From positions 58,979 to 115,220 of the forward strand of contig JBBDRF010000052.1 in the NCBI GenBank assembly GCA_040905565.1: a DNA stretch of 56,242 bases. Reading direction: 5' to 3'. The stretch is from Phycisphaeraceae bacterium (GTDB lineage Bacteria; Planctomycetota; Phycisphaerae; Phycisphaerales; Zrk34). Position 1 is the first letter of the stretch; each line of letters begins with the position of its first letter. Shown here in pieces: positions 27,998 to 37,633 of the stretch. The notes under the pieces are model-generated. The model searched no databases. It was not told the DNA's origin and saw nothing but the letters and a program-made list of their open reading frames with translations. The translations under genes and the position numbers were made by a program.

Positions 27998-29611
27998 GTG
28001 CGGAATTCTGACATCGTCGCTCGCCACCCAAACGTCCGCAACAAGCGGCGTCTGCTGCTCATATTCCCGCGCTACGCCCACTCGTTCGGCACCTTTCAGC
28101 ACGCCTACCCGCTCATGCCCGGCGTCCGCGCGTTCATGCCCCCCCAAGGCATCCTGCTGCTTGCCGCCTACCTGCCCGAGCGATGGGAAACCCGCTTCAT
28201 TGATGAGAATCTCGACGACGTCACCGAGGCCGACTACGCCTGGGCCGAGGCCGTTTGCGTCACCGGCATGCACGTGCAGCGGCCGCGCATCGAAGCGCTC
28301 ATCGCCGCCGCGCATCGTCATCACAAATCCGTCGCCGTCGGCGGCCCCTCCGTCTCCGCCGCACCCGATTACTACCCCGAAGCCGACTACCTGCACCTCG
28401 GCGAAATAGGCGACGCCACCGATCAACTCATCGCACGCTTCGACGCTTCGACCGATCGCCCAGCCGAGCAGGTGGTCCTCGAAACCGTCGACCGCCTGCC
28501 GCTACAACGCTTCCCCGAGCCCGCCTACCACCTCGCGAACATGCAGCAGTATTTCCTGGGCTCCGTCCAGTTCTCCTCCGGCTGCCCGTTCCTCTGCGAA
28601 TTCTGCGATATCCCCGCCCTCTACGGCCGCAACCCTCGCCTCAAAACCCCCACGCAGGTCGTCGCCGAGCTGGACACCATGCTCCAAAACGGCCTCCGCA
28701 ACGCGGTCTACTTCGTGGACGACAACTTCATCGCCAACCCCGCTGCCGCCCGCGACCTGCTTCCGCACCTGATCAAATGGCAACAGCGCATCGGCTACAA
28801 AATTCAGCTCAGCTGCGAAGCCACGCTCAACCTCGCCAGCTATCCCGACATCCTCGCCATGATGCGCGACGCCAATTTCGCCACCGTGTTCGTCGGCATC
28901 GAAACCCCCGAACCCGCCGCACTGGACATGATGCGTAAAACGCAGAATATGCGCCAGCCGATCCTCGATTCCATCCGCACCTTCAACGAATACGGCCTCG
29001 AAGTCGTCTCGGGCATCATCCTCGGCCTCGATTCCGACACGCCCGGTACCGCCGACCGAATCATCGAATTTATCGAAGCGTCGCAGATTCCCATGCTCAC
29101 CATCAACCTCCTCTACGCCCTGCCGAAGACCCGGCTGTACGACCGCCTGCGTAAAGCCGACCGCCTCAGTGATGACCCCGATCGCGCGTCGAACGTCGTC
29201 TTCAACATGCCCTACGACGACGTGATGAACATGTGGGAGCGCGTGATTCGCCACGCCTACGACCCCGCCCGGCTGCTTGCCCGCTTCGCCTACCAGTGCG
29301 AGCACACGTACCCCAATCGTGTGGATGCCGTCCGGCAAGTCGACTGGGATATCATCCGTTTCGGGGCCTCGACCGTCGGCCGTACGCTCTGGCGCGTGGG
29401 TTACAAAAACGATTGGCGCCGCGCGTTTTGGGACGTGGCCGCTCCGCTGCTGAGGCAGGGCCGAATTGAAGAGATCATGCACATCGGCATCGTCAGCCAC
29501 CACCTGGTCACCTTCGCCAGACAGTGCGCCACCGGCGAAGCCGAGGCTTCCTTCTACGCCGACCCCGGCCGCACGGACACGCCCGCCCAAGCCCCTACCC
29601 CAACCCGTTAG
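27998..29611 (+). CDS. hpnP: B12-binding radical SAM methyltransferase, hopanoid C-2 methylase-like
   Basis: FPRYAHSFGTFQHAYPL, AFMPPQG, GMHVQR, GGPSVS, SSGCPFLCEFCDIPALYGRNPRLKTP and C-terminal HHL match HpnP as recalled; exact start uncertain. Confidence 0.85.
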   Translation: MRNSDIVARHPNVRNKRRLLLIFPRYAHSFGTFQHAYPLMPGVRAFMPPQGILLLAAYLPERWETRFIDENLDDVTEADYAWAEAVCVTGMHVQRPRIEALIAAAHRHHKSVAVGGPSVSAAPDYYPEADYLHLGEIGDATDQLIARFDASTDRPAEQVVLETVDRLPLQRFPEPAYHLANMQQYFLGSVQFSSGCPFLCEFCDIPALYGRNPRLKTPTQVVAELDTMLQNGLRNAVYFVDDNFIANPAAARDLLPHLIKWQQRIGYKIQLSCEATLNLASYPDILAMMRDANFATVFVGIETPEPAALDMMRKTQNMRQPILDSIRTFNEYGLEVVSGIILGLDSDTPGTADRIIEFIEASQIPMLTINLLYALPKTRLYDRLRKADRLSDDPDRASNVVFNMPYDDVMNMWERVIRHAYDPARLLARFAYQCEHTYPNRVDAVRQVDWDIIRFGASTVGRTLWRVGYKNDWRRAFWDVAAPLLRQGRIEEIMHIGIVSHHLVTFARQCATGEAEASFYADPGRTDTPAQAPTPTR

Positions 29612-29645
29612 CGGACGATCGCACGCCGTTTCCTCGCACCTCACC

Positions 29646-30869
29646 TCAACTGTAGGCAGCCGCCAGATCCGTCATGTTGCCTGCGATACGTGGCGGCGCG
29701 AAGTTATCCGCTGCCACATCCTCACCCTCGGCATGCGCCACGTGCAGATGCGCATGCTCACGCAGGTCGAGCATCTTCGGCGGTTCGTTTCCGCCCTGCG
29801 GCGCATCGTTCGGACTCGGCCCCGGGATCACCTGCACCGTCGGTCGGCACGGATCATCGGGGCTGTGATCCACCGGCACCGCCCACCGCCCATCATTCAA
29901 CTGCACCGGCTTGAGCGGCGCGAACGGAGGCACCACCGCTAGGAACGATCGCAAAACGAACGGATCCAGCCACCGCACGTACGGCTCGCCGAGCATCCGC
30001 CGAATCGCCCGCACCGTCGGCTGCTTCGTCCCGCCGTACGGCTCGCGCAGCGTCGCGAACGTATCCGCCACCGTCGTGACGCGCGCGAAGATATGAATCG
30101 CTTCGCCCTTCAGCGTCATCCGCCCGCCAGCCGGGTCGCGCCTGGCGGGGAAGCCTGTGCCGTCGAAATGCTGATGATGATCGAGCACGACCACCGCCGC
30201 CGTCGGGTCAATCTGTCCGCGGACGCGCTCATAGCCCAGCCGCACATGCGCACGCCAGGCGGGGTCGCTCACGTCGCCGGTCTGCTTGTAGCGTTCGAGC
30301 ACGCCCTGCTCCAGATCCAGCATGCCGATGTCGTGAAGCATCGCCCCGACGCCGAGGCTGCCGACCTCCCGCGCATGGCGAGGCGGCAGACGCTTCCGCT
30401 GCTTCATCAGATACCAGTCGAGCTTCATGCCCATCAGCAGGCTCAGGAACGAGACCGTCGTGGAATGTTCCAGCAGCCACGGCGCATCGTGCGAGACTTC
30501 TTCGATGAACAACAGTGCCGACGGGTTCTGAAGCATCTGCTCCACCAGGGCGGCCATCTGCTTGAGGTACGTATCGTAATCCAGCTTCGCCGTCGCCTGC
30601 GCCTGCGAGCGTTCGAGCACATCGCTGAGCGTCTTGGCGATCTCCGCACGCTTTTCCAGCACCTCGCCGTCGATGAACTGGCTGAGTACCTCAAGGCCCG
30701 GATAACGCACCACCACCTCGCGCACGCCCATCTGCTTGAGTCGACCAACGATCGTCTCGTTCAGATCGTACCCGCTGGAAAGCAGGTAACGATCGCTCGC
30801 CTGCGGGTTCCGCACCGGCATCGCCAGCGACATCCCGCTCTTGGCTTTCTCGATGGGAACTCGAAGCAC
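29646..30869 (-). CDS. HD-GYP domain c-di-GMP phosphodiesterase
   Basis: LEHS, LHDIG, HHQHFDGTGFP and ADTF motifs; GTG start at 30869 with GGGAGG RBS. Confidence 0.88.
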   Translation of the reverse strand: MLRVPIEKAKSGMSLAMPVRNPQASDRYLLSSGYDLNETIVGRLKQMGVREVVVRYPGLEVLSQFIDGEVLEKRAEIAKTLSDVLERSQAQATAKLDYDTYLKQMAALVEQMLQNPSALLFIEEVSHDAPWLLEHSTTVSFLSLLMGMKLDWYLMKQRKRLPPRHAREVGSLGVGAMLHDIGMLDLEQGVLERYKQTGDVSDPAWRAHVRLGYERVRGQIDPTAAVVVLDHHQHFDGTGFPARRDPAGGRMTLKGEAIHIFARVTTVADTFATLREPYGGTKQPTVRAIRRMLGEPYVRWLDPFVLRSFLAVVPPFAPLKPVQLNDGRWAVPVDHSPDDPCRPTVQVIPGPSPNDAPQGGNEPPKMLDLREHAHLHVAHAEGEDVAADNFAPPRIAGNMTDLAAAYS

Positions 30870-31004
30870 AGCAGCCTCCCGAAGGGCGATACAGACACGT
30901 CCACGTGCCTCCTTTTTCGACCAGCCCGCTGCCGAACTTGCGAACAAACCGCACAATCGCGCCATCCATGTCACCCGCCGTACCGCCTGTGACGATTGCG
31001 CCGA

Positions 31005-32171
31005 TCAGCGCCCTCCGGCCTTCTCACCCGCCCGCTCAGCAGCCACGCGATGGGCCGCAAGAAAACGCCGATCCAGATAATCTTTCCACCACATGCACCA
31101 CGCGCCGTGCGCCCACAGTCGGCCCCGCAGCGCCAGTCCTTGGCCTCGGCCGATGTTCAGGATCGCCAGGAATGTCCGCTGCGGGCGGAACGGGCGCATC
31201 GGCTGATCTGTCACCGCGGCACGCAGATTGTGCAGTAGAATCGGCCCCTGCCGCACGCCGTACACCCCGACCTTCGCCAGCGGACGAGGCCCGAACGTGA
31301 TGCAATCGCCCGCCCCGAAGATGCGCCGATCTGCCGGCGAATGCAGCGGCGCGTCCACCAGCAGCCCGCCGTCCTCACCTACCGGCAACCCCAACTCCTG
31401 CACCAGTCTCGGCGGCCTCAGCCCCGTCGCCATCACCGTGAGATCGGCGGGAAACTTCTGCCCCCGCCCCGTCACATGGTGATGGTCGACCCGCTCGATC
31501 GGCATGTTCACATGAACGTCAATGTTCTGCCGCCTCATCCATCGCCGCATGAAGCGCGACGCTCCGTGCGGCCCGTGCGGGAGAAGCCGGGACGCACGCG
31601 TGAACAGCGTCACCTTCGCCGAAGACTGGTGCCTGCGCGCCAGCTCCGCCAGATTGCACGCCACTTCACAGCCGGTCGGCCCGCCGCCCACCACAGCCAT
31701 ATGATCCAGACAGTCGACCGCGAAGCACGTCTCCAGGTACCGCCGTAATCGATGCAGATTGCTGATCGGCTTCACCGGCCAGGCGTGCTCGGCCGCCCCC
31801 GGAATCTCCTCAACCGGCACCCGCGAACCCAGGTTCAGCGACAGCGCGTCGTAACCCAGCGACTCCCCCGAGGCCAGCCGCACCACCCGGTTGCCCCGGT
31901 CGATACTCACCAGCGCGTCGCGCACGAACGTCCCGCCCGCCGCCTCGATCAGCGGTGCCGGGTCCAGATCGTTCTGCTGCGGTTCGTACGCCCCGCCCAG
32001 CATCCCCGTCGCCAGCCCCGAGTACCAGAACCGGCCCGGATCCACCAGCGTCACCCGCACCCCCCCCACGCCCTGCCTCCCCTGTTCCACCAGTTGCCGC
32101 GCCGATCGCGCCACATGCAGATGCGCATGCCCCGCCCCGATCAGCACCACCTGCGCATGAGAATCAGCCAT
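31005..32171 (-). CDS. FAD-dependent pyridine nucleotide-disulfide oxidoreductase (NDH-2 / SelD N-terminal-like)
   Basis: IGAGHAH, YSG, VVGGGPTGCE, FGAGD, AKVGVYGVRQ and WKDYLDRRF motifs. Confidence 0.88.
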   Translation of the reverse strand: MADSHAQVVLIGAGHAHLHVARSARQLVEQGRQGVGGVRVTLVDPGRFWYSGLATGMLGGAYEPQQNDLDPAPLIEAAGGTFVRDALVSIDRGNRVVRLASGESLGYDALSLNLGSRVPVEEIPGAAEHAWPVKPISNLHRLRRYLETCFAVDCLDHMAVVGGGPTGCEVACNLAELARRHQSSAKVTLFTRASRLLPHGPHGASRFMRRWMRRQNIDVHVNMPIERVDHHHVTGRGQKFPADLTVMATGLRPPRLVQELGLPVGEDGGLLVDAPLHSPADRRIFGAGDCITFGPRPLAKVGVYGVRQGPILLHNLRAAVTDQPMRPFRPQRTFLAILNIGRGQGLALRGRLWAHGAWCMWWKDYLDRRFLAAHRVAAERAGEKAGGR

Positions 32172-32270
32172 AGCGGATGGTAGGCAAACGGCATGCAAGA
32201 GCGGGGCTGCCCCCAGCCCGGTCCCCCTCGCGCAACCCACCGGGCTGGTGACAGCCCGGCTCCGTGACAA

Positions 32271-33179
32271 CTAATCGAACCAGCGGATGACCTGCGCGTA
32301 CTCGTCAAGCCGATGCTCAATGTCACTGCGCGAGATTTCCATCAGCCGATCCAGACTGAACGATTCGATCGTATAGCTCGCCACGATCGTCCCGCACGCC
32401 AGCGCCCGCTTGATGGCAAACAAATCGATCTTTTCGACCGTCGCAAGGTAGCCCATCATGCCGCCTGCAAACGAATCGCCCGCGCCGGTGGGGTCGATCA
32501 CGTTCGCCGACGGGAACGCATGCAGCACGCCCAGCCCGTCGGTGTGGTTCAGCAGGCAGCCGTGCTCACCTTTCTTGATGACCACAAACTTCGGACCCAT
32601 CTCGATGATCTTCTGCGAAGCTGTCACCATGTTCGTCTCGCCGGTGAGCTGACGCGCCTCGGCATCGTTCAGCACCAGCCCGTCGATCCGCGTCAGCAGT
32701 TGCTTCAGCTCCGGCAGGGCGGTATCGATCCACAAATCCATCGTGTCCGCGACCACCAGCTCCGCATCCGGGAAATTATCCAGCAGCGCCGCCTGCGCCG
32801 ACGGATGCGTGTTCGCCAGGAAAACCAGCTTCGAATCGCGGTATGTCTCGGGCACAGCCGGCAGATCTTCCGCCAGCACATTCAGCTGCACATCAAGCGT
32901 CTCGCGATCGTTCATGTTCGGCTGATACTCACCCGTCCACCGAAACGTCTTCGCCCCGCTCCGCTGCTCAAGGCCAGCCGTATCCACATCAAAATGCTTG
33001 AACGTTTTCATATGCTCCGGCCCGAAGTCTTCACCCACCGCCCCCACAATGCGGACAGGCGTAAAGAAGCTCGCCGCGGCTGAGAAATAAGTGCACGAGC
33101 CGCCGAGCACATTCTCCGCCCGGCCAACAGGCGTAATAATGGTGTCGATGCCGATGCTGCCGGTCACGATCAGGGACAT
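32271..33179 (-). CDS. PfkB family carbohydrate/nucleoside kinase
   Basis: LGGS, NDAEA, KKGEHG and DPTGAGDSFAGG motifs. Confidence 0.93.
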   Translation of the reverse strand: MSLIVTGSIGIDTIITPVGRAENVLGGSCTYFSAAASFFTPVRIVGAVGEDFGPEHMKTFKHFDVDTAGLEQRSGAKTFRWTGEYQPNMNDRETLDVQLNVLAEDLPAVPETYRDSKLVFLANTHPSAQAALLDNFPDAELVVADTMDLWIDTALPELKQLLTRIDGLVLNDAEARQLTGETNMVTASQKIIEMGPKFVVIKKGEHGCLLNHTDGLGVLHAFPSANVIDPTGAGDSFAGGMMGYLATVEKIDLFAIKRALACGTIVASYTIESFSLDRLMEISRSDIEHRLDEYAQVIRWFD

Positions 33180-33310
33180 ATGCAAATTCCTGTAGCTGTT
33201 ATTCAAAAGTAGCACGGTCGGTATCCCGAACATTATGCCACAACACCGCCGATCTGGCGCACTCGCGGGATGCCCTGCCACCACCTCGCCCCTTACGCTA
33301 CAATGCGATC

Positions 33311-34036
33311 ATGACACGCCCCCCTTTTGAACTTGAAAAACCGGTCATTGACGAATTCGGCGCCCCCCGCGACGGCGAACCCCAGGTCAGCAACGAGCGA
33401 CTGTTCATGCAGATGCTCGTGTTCACCGGCTGCGAAGACACCCTCGCCGTCGCCGAAGCCGTCTCCGGTGCCGGCTTCGAAGCTGTCATCTATGAAGATA
33501 TTCACGATCCCAAAGGCATCGGCCTGCTCACCTTCCACCGTGATCCCACCTACTTCGTCTCCAACGTCCGCAACCTCCTGCGGCGTGAACCGATGAACGC
33601 CCTCACCCTCAGGCCCGAGTATTCGATGCTCGGCCGCACCTACGCGCTCGGTCACGAAGCCGACCTCGATCACTACCTCTTCAAACGGCCCCGCCACACC
33701 GCCCTCAACCCCGATTGGCCCTGGGCCATCTGGTACCCCCTCCGCCGGCGCGGCACGTTCACCCAGCTCCCCGCGGACGAACAACGAAAAATCCTCATGG
33801 AGCACGCCAAGATCGGCATGGCCTACGCCGAGTCCGACTACGTCCACGACATCCGCCTCGCCTCCCACGGCCTGGACCCCAACGACAACGACTTCGTCAT
33901 CGGACTCGTCGGCCGCGAACTCGCACCACTCAGCAAAATCGTCGAAAAAATGCGCTCCACCACCCAAACCGCACAATACCTCGAAAAACTCGGCCCCTTC
34001 TTCGTAGGCCGAGCCGCCTGGCGCAGCCAACTCTAA
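33311..34036 (+). CDS. Chlorite dismutase / coproheme decarboxylase family heme protein
   Basis: WYPLRR, LMEHAKIG (proximal His), GLD..DFVI, MR and GPFFVG motifs. Confidence 0.85.
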   Translation: MTRPPFELEKPVIDEFGAPRDGEPQVSNERLFMQMLVFTGCEDTLAVAEAVSGAGFEAVIYEDIHDPKGIGLLTFHRDPTYFVSNVRNLLRREPMNALTLRPEYSMLGRTYALGHEADLDHYLFKRPRHTALNPDWPWAIWYPLRRRGTFTQLPADEQRKILMEHAKIGMAYAESDYVHDIRLASHGLDPNDNDFVIGLVGRELAPLSKIVEKMRSTTQTAQYLEKLGPFFVGRAAWRSQL

Positions 34037-34055
34037 GATGCTGTTCCCACACCCC

Positions 34056-34080
34056 GAAGCCCACGGCGTACCGCCGTGGG
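34056..34080. repeat. REP-like hairpin, CCCACGGCG family
   Basis: GAAGCCCACGGCG-TAC-CGCCGTGGG. Confidence 0.8.
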
Positions 34081-34107
34081 GCTCCCCTCCCCCCCAACCT
34101 TCTTCTC

Positions 34108-34138
34108 TCTTCTCCTCCCCCTCTGTGCCTCTGTGGTT
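34108..34138. repeat. CACAGAG repeat
   Basis: 31-nt perfect inverted match to 14409-14439. Confidence 0.85.
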
Positions 34139-34476
34139 CAATCCCTCTTCTTCTCATTCCCCCTGGGCCTCGCCCCCGGCAGCTTGCTTGTCGCATGGCT
34201 CCCCGCCTTCGCCTTCTTCGCCGCCTGCTTCAAAGGCTTCGCCCCCTCTTCGCCCGCCGCCATGCGCTTGAGCACCAGCTTCGCCACATCCGGCGCCACG
34301 TCCTCCGGCAGTATCCCCAGGATCGCAGCCTGCACCACTTCATCCTGCGTGCACGCCCACTGGTAAAGCCGACTCGCCATTTCAATCTGGCTCATCCCGT
34401 ACCGATCGCACATCGACTCGATCGCCGCCTTGGCTTTCGGTGTCACCGCGAGTTTGATTATGTGTCTTTCCATCAT
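34138..34476 (-). CDS. Small putative ribbon-helix-helix DNA-binding protein
   Basis: Strand HIIKLAV, helix PKAKAAIESMCDRYG, helix SQIEMASRLYQW; basic tail; start uncertain. Confidence 0.6.
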   Translation of the reverse strand: MMERHIIKLAVTPKAKAAIESMCDRYGMSQIEMASRLYQWACTQDEVVQAAILGILPEDVAPDVAKLVLKRMAAGEEGAKPLKQAAKKAKAGSHATSKLPGARPRGNEKKRD

Positions 34477-34698
34477 CGTCCATAGCCTACTGACACGCGT
34501 GCGTGACTTCATCGTCACGATTGTAGTCTAATGTTGCCTGTCGTGTCTCTATCTGTTATCCTTGAGCATCGGCCAGGCCGATCCGCCCGTGTCTGGGTTC
34601 GCTTAATCGCCCCGGAAGAGCGCTCGGGCAATCGGCAGGCCAGCAGTCCGGGGGCCAAAGTGCCCGGGGATCCGACTCCAAGAGCCAGGGCCCCGGGG

Positions 34699-34744
34699 CC
34701 CCCCCCCCCCCCCCCCCCCGAAGCCCAAGGCGTCCCGCCTTGGG
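34699..34744. repeat. C21 homopolymer followed by a REP-like hairpin
   Basis: 21 consecutive C (34699-34719), then GAAGCCCAAGGCG-TCC-CGCCTTGGG. Confidence 0.85.
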
Positions 34745-34870
34745 ACGCGCCCCTCCACGCCATCGGCAAACACATCTTGCAAACCCCGCCACAGCCCGAT
34801 AAGTTAAATCGACGTCTTTGCAAAACGTCAAAGTCCAAGGATGGACTGGTTGTGCATGAGGGATAATGCG

Positions 34871-35131
34871 ATGGATACGATGAGCGATGTGATGATTCCC
34901 CCCAAGCTGTACCGCGCTGGCGAGCTCGCCCAGCACACCGGCCTCAGCCGCCAAACCATTCACAACTACACCAGCATGGGCCTCATCCGCGAAGCCGACT
35001 GGACACCAGGCGGCCACCGGGTCTATCACGAATCAGTTTTCGCGAAACTCGCCCAAATCGTCGCCCTCAAACGGACGAAGAGTATGCAGGAGATCCGTCG
35101 CATCCTGCACGCTCAGCAGTCCGAAGCCTAG
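34871..35131 (+). CDS. Small MerR-family HTH regulator without effector domain
   Basis: YRAGELAQHTGLSRQTIHNYTSMGLI..TPGGHRVY; start at 34871 or 34880. Confidence 0.88.
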   Translation: MDTMSDVMIPPKLYRAGELAQHTGLSRQTIHNYTSMGLIREADWTPGGHRVYHESVFAKLAQIVALKRTKSMQEIRRILHAQQSEA

Positions 35132-35185
35132 CCCCATCAAGCCGGCCCCCAATGCCGGTGCTGCGGACGCAAGGAGGCGTTGACC

Positions 35186-37633
35186 GTGGCTGAGACAACC
35201 GAAAACACCTCACCGCCGTTCTCGCAGGTCTGGCAGCTGCCTCTCCTTGCGCTCAGCCTGCTCACCTTCGGCGCGGGCCTCTTCCTCGCATCAGGCTCCA
35301 ACACCGAGCCCGAAACGCCCGTCGGCACCCTCGATCAGCTCGCCCAGCAGGTCGAGGCCGGCCGCTACGACGAAGCACTCCGCACCGCTGAGGTCCTCGC
35401 CGAGCCAAAAAACTTCAGCGAAATCCCCGACGATCTCCACCCCCAATACCACCTGCTCGTCGGCGACGCCGCCTCCCGCCGCCAGCGTAGCCAGTCCGTC
35501 GTCACCGAAACTTCCCACCGCCGCGTCGTCCAGGCCTACACCCGCGCCCAGGAGCTCGACGCCCAGTTCGAACCCGACCAGGCCGAACGTTTCGCCGACA
35601 GCCTCGCCGCCCTCAACCGCGTCCCCGAAGCCCTCGCCGTGCTCTCCGAACTCGGCGAGGACGGTGCCGCCCAGCGTCAAAAACTCCTGCGCCGCCCCAT
35701 CGAGCAGGCCCTCAACGTCGCAAGCGATGAGCTTGATCCGCAGAAAATCAGTCGCGCCATCGATCAGCTGCTTAACGAGCCGCACCTCAGCCTCGACAAC
35801 GAAGTCTGGGCCACCGCGCGCCAGGCTGAACTGCTCATGCGGTCCGGCCGAACCCCCGACGCGATCGACATGCTCCTCCGTCGCCTCGCCCGGCTGCAGG
35901 ACGACCCCGACGCACCCCTCGCCGAACTCAAGCTCAAGCTCGCCCAGGCCTACTTCGCCGAATCCGAACTCGCCAACGCCGAGCGCTGGCTCCTGCGGGC
36001 GCAGGAGGATGCCGACCCGGAAGATCTGATCAATGCGGAGATTAACGTCACGCTCGGCGAGATCCGCTTCTCCGAAGGCAACGCCGCCGAGGCCGTCGAG
36101 TATTTCGCGGAAGTCGTCAGGCTCGGCTCCGACGTCCCTTCCTATCCCGAAGCCTTGATCGGCAAAGCCGAATCCGAAGCCCGCCTCGGCCGCCATGAGC
36201 GTGCCCTCTCGGACTACGCCGAGGCCGCCGCCATCGCCGCCGATCGCCCCGGCCGCTCCAAGGATCTGGCCACCCGCCTCGCCCAAAGTCTGCAAACCCA
36301 GCACGATCTGCGTTTCACGCAAAGCGATTACCAGCAGGCGCTTGCTTATCTCAAGCTTCAGGAATCGCTGTACGCCGAGCCGCCCGCCGAGCTTCTGCTG
36401 AGCCTTGCCGTCACCCATCACCGCCAGGCCCAGAAGCTCGCCGGCGAGGACGATCAGGCCGCCCCGCCCGACGCCGATACGGGGGGGGCCGACCCCACCG
36501 ATCCCGCCGATCCGGTACTGGCCCGCAAGATCGCCACGCATCACGCCGCCGCTGCCGACGCCTATCGTGCCCACGCCAACGCCGTCGTCGCCACCGACGA
36601 TGACGCCTTCGGGCAAAGCCTCTGGATGGCCGGAACCCTCTACGACCAAGCGGGTTTACATCGCGAAGCCGTCGCCGTTTTCGATCGTTACATCGAGCAA
36701 CGGCCGGACGATCCCCGCCGCCTTCGCGCCATCTTCCGCCTCGCCCAGGCCCACCGCGCCGATGGTCAGCCCGCCAACGCCATCCCCCTCTACACCCAGC
36801 TCATCGAAGAGAACCCCAACTCGCCGGAGGCCTACGCCTCGCTCGTGCCGCTGGCGCGTAGCTATCTCGCACAAGGGCCAGATTTTATCGATCGTGCCGA
36901 GCGCGTTCTGCTCAGTGTCGTCACCGATCACGAAGCCCTGCGTCCCGAGAGTACCGAGTTCCGCGAAGCGCTCACGGAACTCGGTCAGCTTTACTACCGT
37001 CGCGGCGAAGAGGGCGATTTCGAACGCGCCATCGCCCGGCTAAGCGAGGTCGTCGAGCGCTACGGCCGGGAGGCCCCGATGCCGGAACTACTGTTCCAGC
37101 TTGGGGATGCGTACCGCAAGTCGGTCCATCAGGTTGACGAACGGCTGGAGACCGCCTTGCCGCCCAGCCGTCGTGCGGAGTTGGCCAGCGAGCGCGCCAC
37201 CCGTCTGCACGAAGCACGTGAATCCTTCGATAAGGTCATCCTCATCTACGAAGCGCGGGACCCGCGCACCCTCACCGAACTGCACGACCTCTACCTCCGC
37301 AACAGCTACTTTTACCGGGCTGATTGTGCCTACGAACTGGGGCATTACGAGGGCCCGGAAGGGTCGATCGCCCTGTATGAGAAAGCCGTTCAGCGTTACG
37401 ACAAGGACCCCGCCGCGCTGGTCGGGCTCGTTCAGATCGTCAACAGCTACGCGGAGTTAGGTGATTGGGACAAGGCCAGAACCGCCAACGAACGCGCGAA
37501 GGTTTATCTCGAAGCGATCCCCGAGCAGGCCTTCGATGATCCGAACCTGCCGATGGGCCGCGAGCATTGGCAGCGGTGGCTCGACTGGAGCAGTGAGCTG
37601 GCCTTGGGCGATCCAACGGCCCAGGCGGAGTGA
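35186..37633 (+). CDS. Large tetratricopeptide-repeat protein with N-terminal hydrophobic anchor
   Basis: Repeated TPR motifs (LAQAYF, LGEIRF, AIFRLAQAH, LFQLGDAY); GTG 35186 lies 8 nt after AAGGAGG. Confidence 0.85.
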   Translation: MAETTENTSPPFSQVWQLPLLALSLLTFGAGLFLASGSNTEPETPVGTLDQLAQQVEAGRYDEALRTAEVLAEPKNFSEIPDDLHPQYHLLVGDAASRRQRSQSVVTETSHRRVVQAYTRAQELDAQFEPDQAERFADSLAALNRVPEALAVLSELGEDGAAQRQKLLRRPIEQALNVASDELDPQKISRAIDQLLNEPHLSLDNEVWATARQAELLMRSGRTPDAIDMLLRRLARLQDDPDAPLAELKLKLAQAYFAESELANAERWLLRAQEDADPEDLINAEINVTLGEIRFSEGNAAEAVEYFAEVVRLGSDVPSYPEALIGKAESEARLGRHERALSDYAEAAAIAADRPGRSKDLATRLAQSLQTQHDLRFTQSDYQQALAYLKLQESLYAEPPAELLLSLAVTHHRQAQKLAGEDDQAAPPDADTGGADPTDPADPVLARKIATHHAAAADAYRAHANAVVATDDDAFGQSLWMAGTLYDQAGLHREAVAVFDRYIEQRPDDPRRLRAIFRLAQAHRADGQPANAIPLYTQLIEENPNSPEAYASLVPLARSYLAQGPDFIDRAERVLLSVVTDHEALRPESTEFREALTELGQLYYRRGEEGDFERAIARLSEVVERYGREAPMPELLFQLGDAYRKSVHQVDERLETALPPSRRAELASERATRLHEARESFDKVILIYEARDPRTLTELHDLYLRNSYFYRADCAYELGHYEGPEGSIALYEKAVQRYDKDPAALVGLVQIVNSYAELGDWDKARTANERAKVYLEAIPEQAFDDPNLPMGREHWQRWLDWSSELALGDPTAQAE

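Noticed and set aside
30146..30181. Inactive HD-GYP because GYP reads GFP
   Set aside because: Metal-binding H, HD, HH and D residues are present, so the substitution alone does not show loss of function
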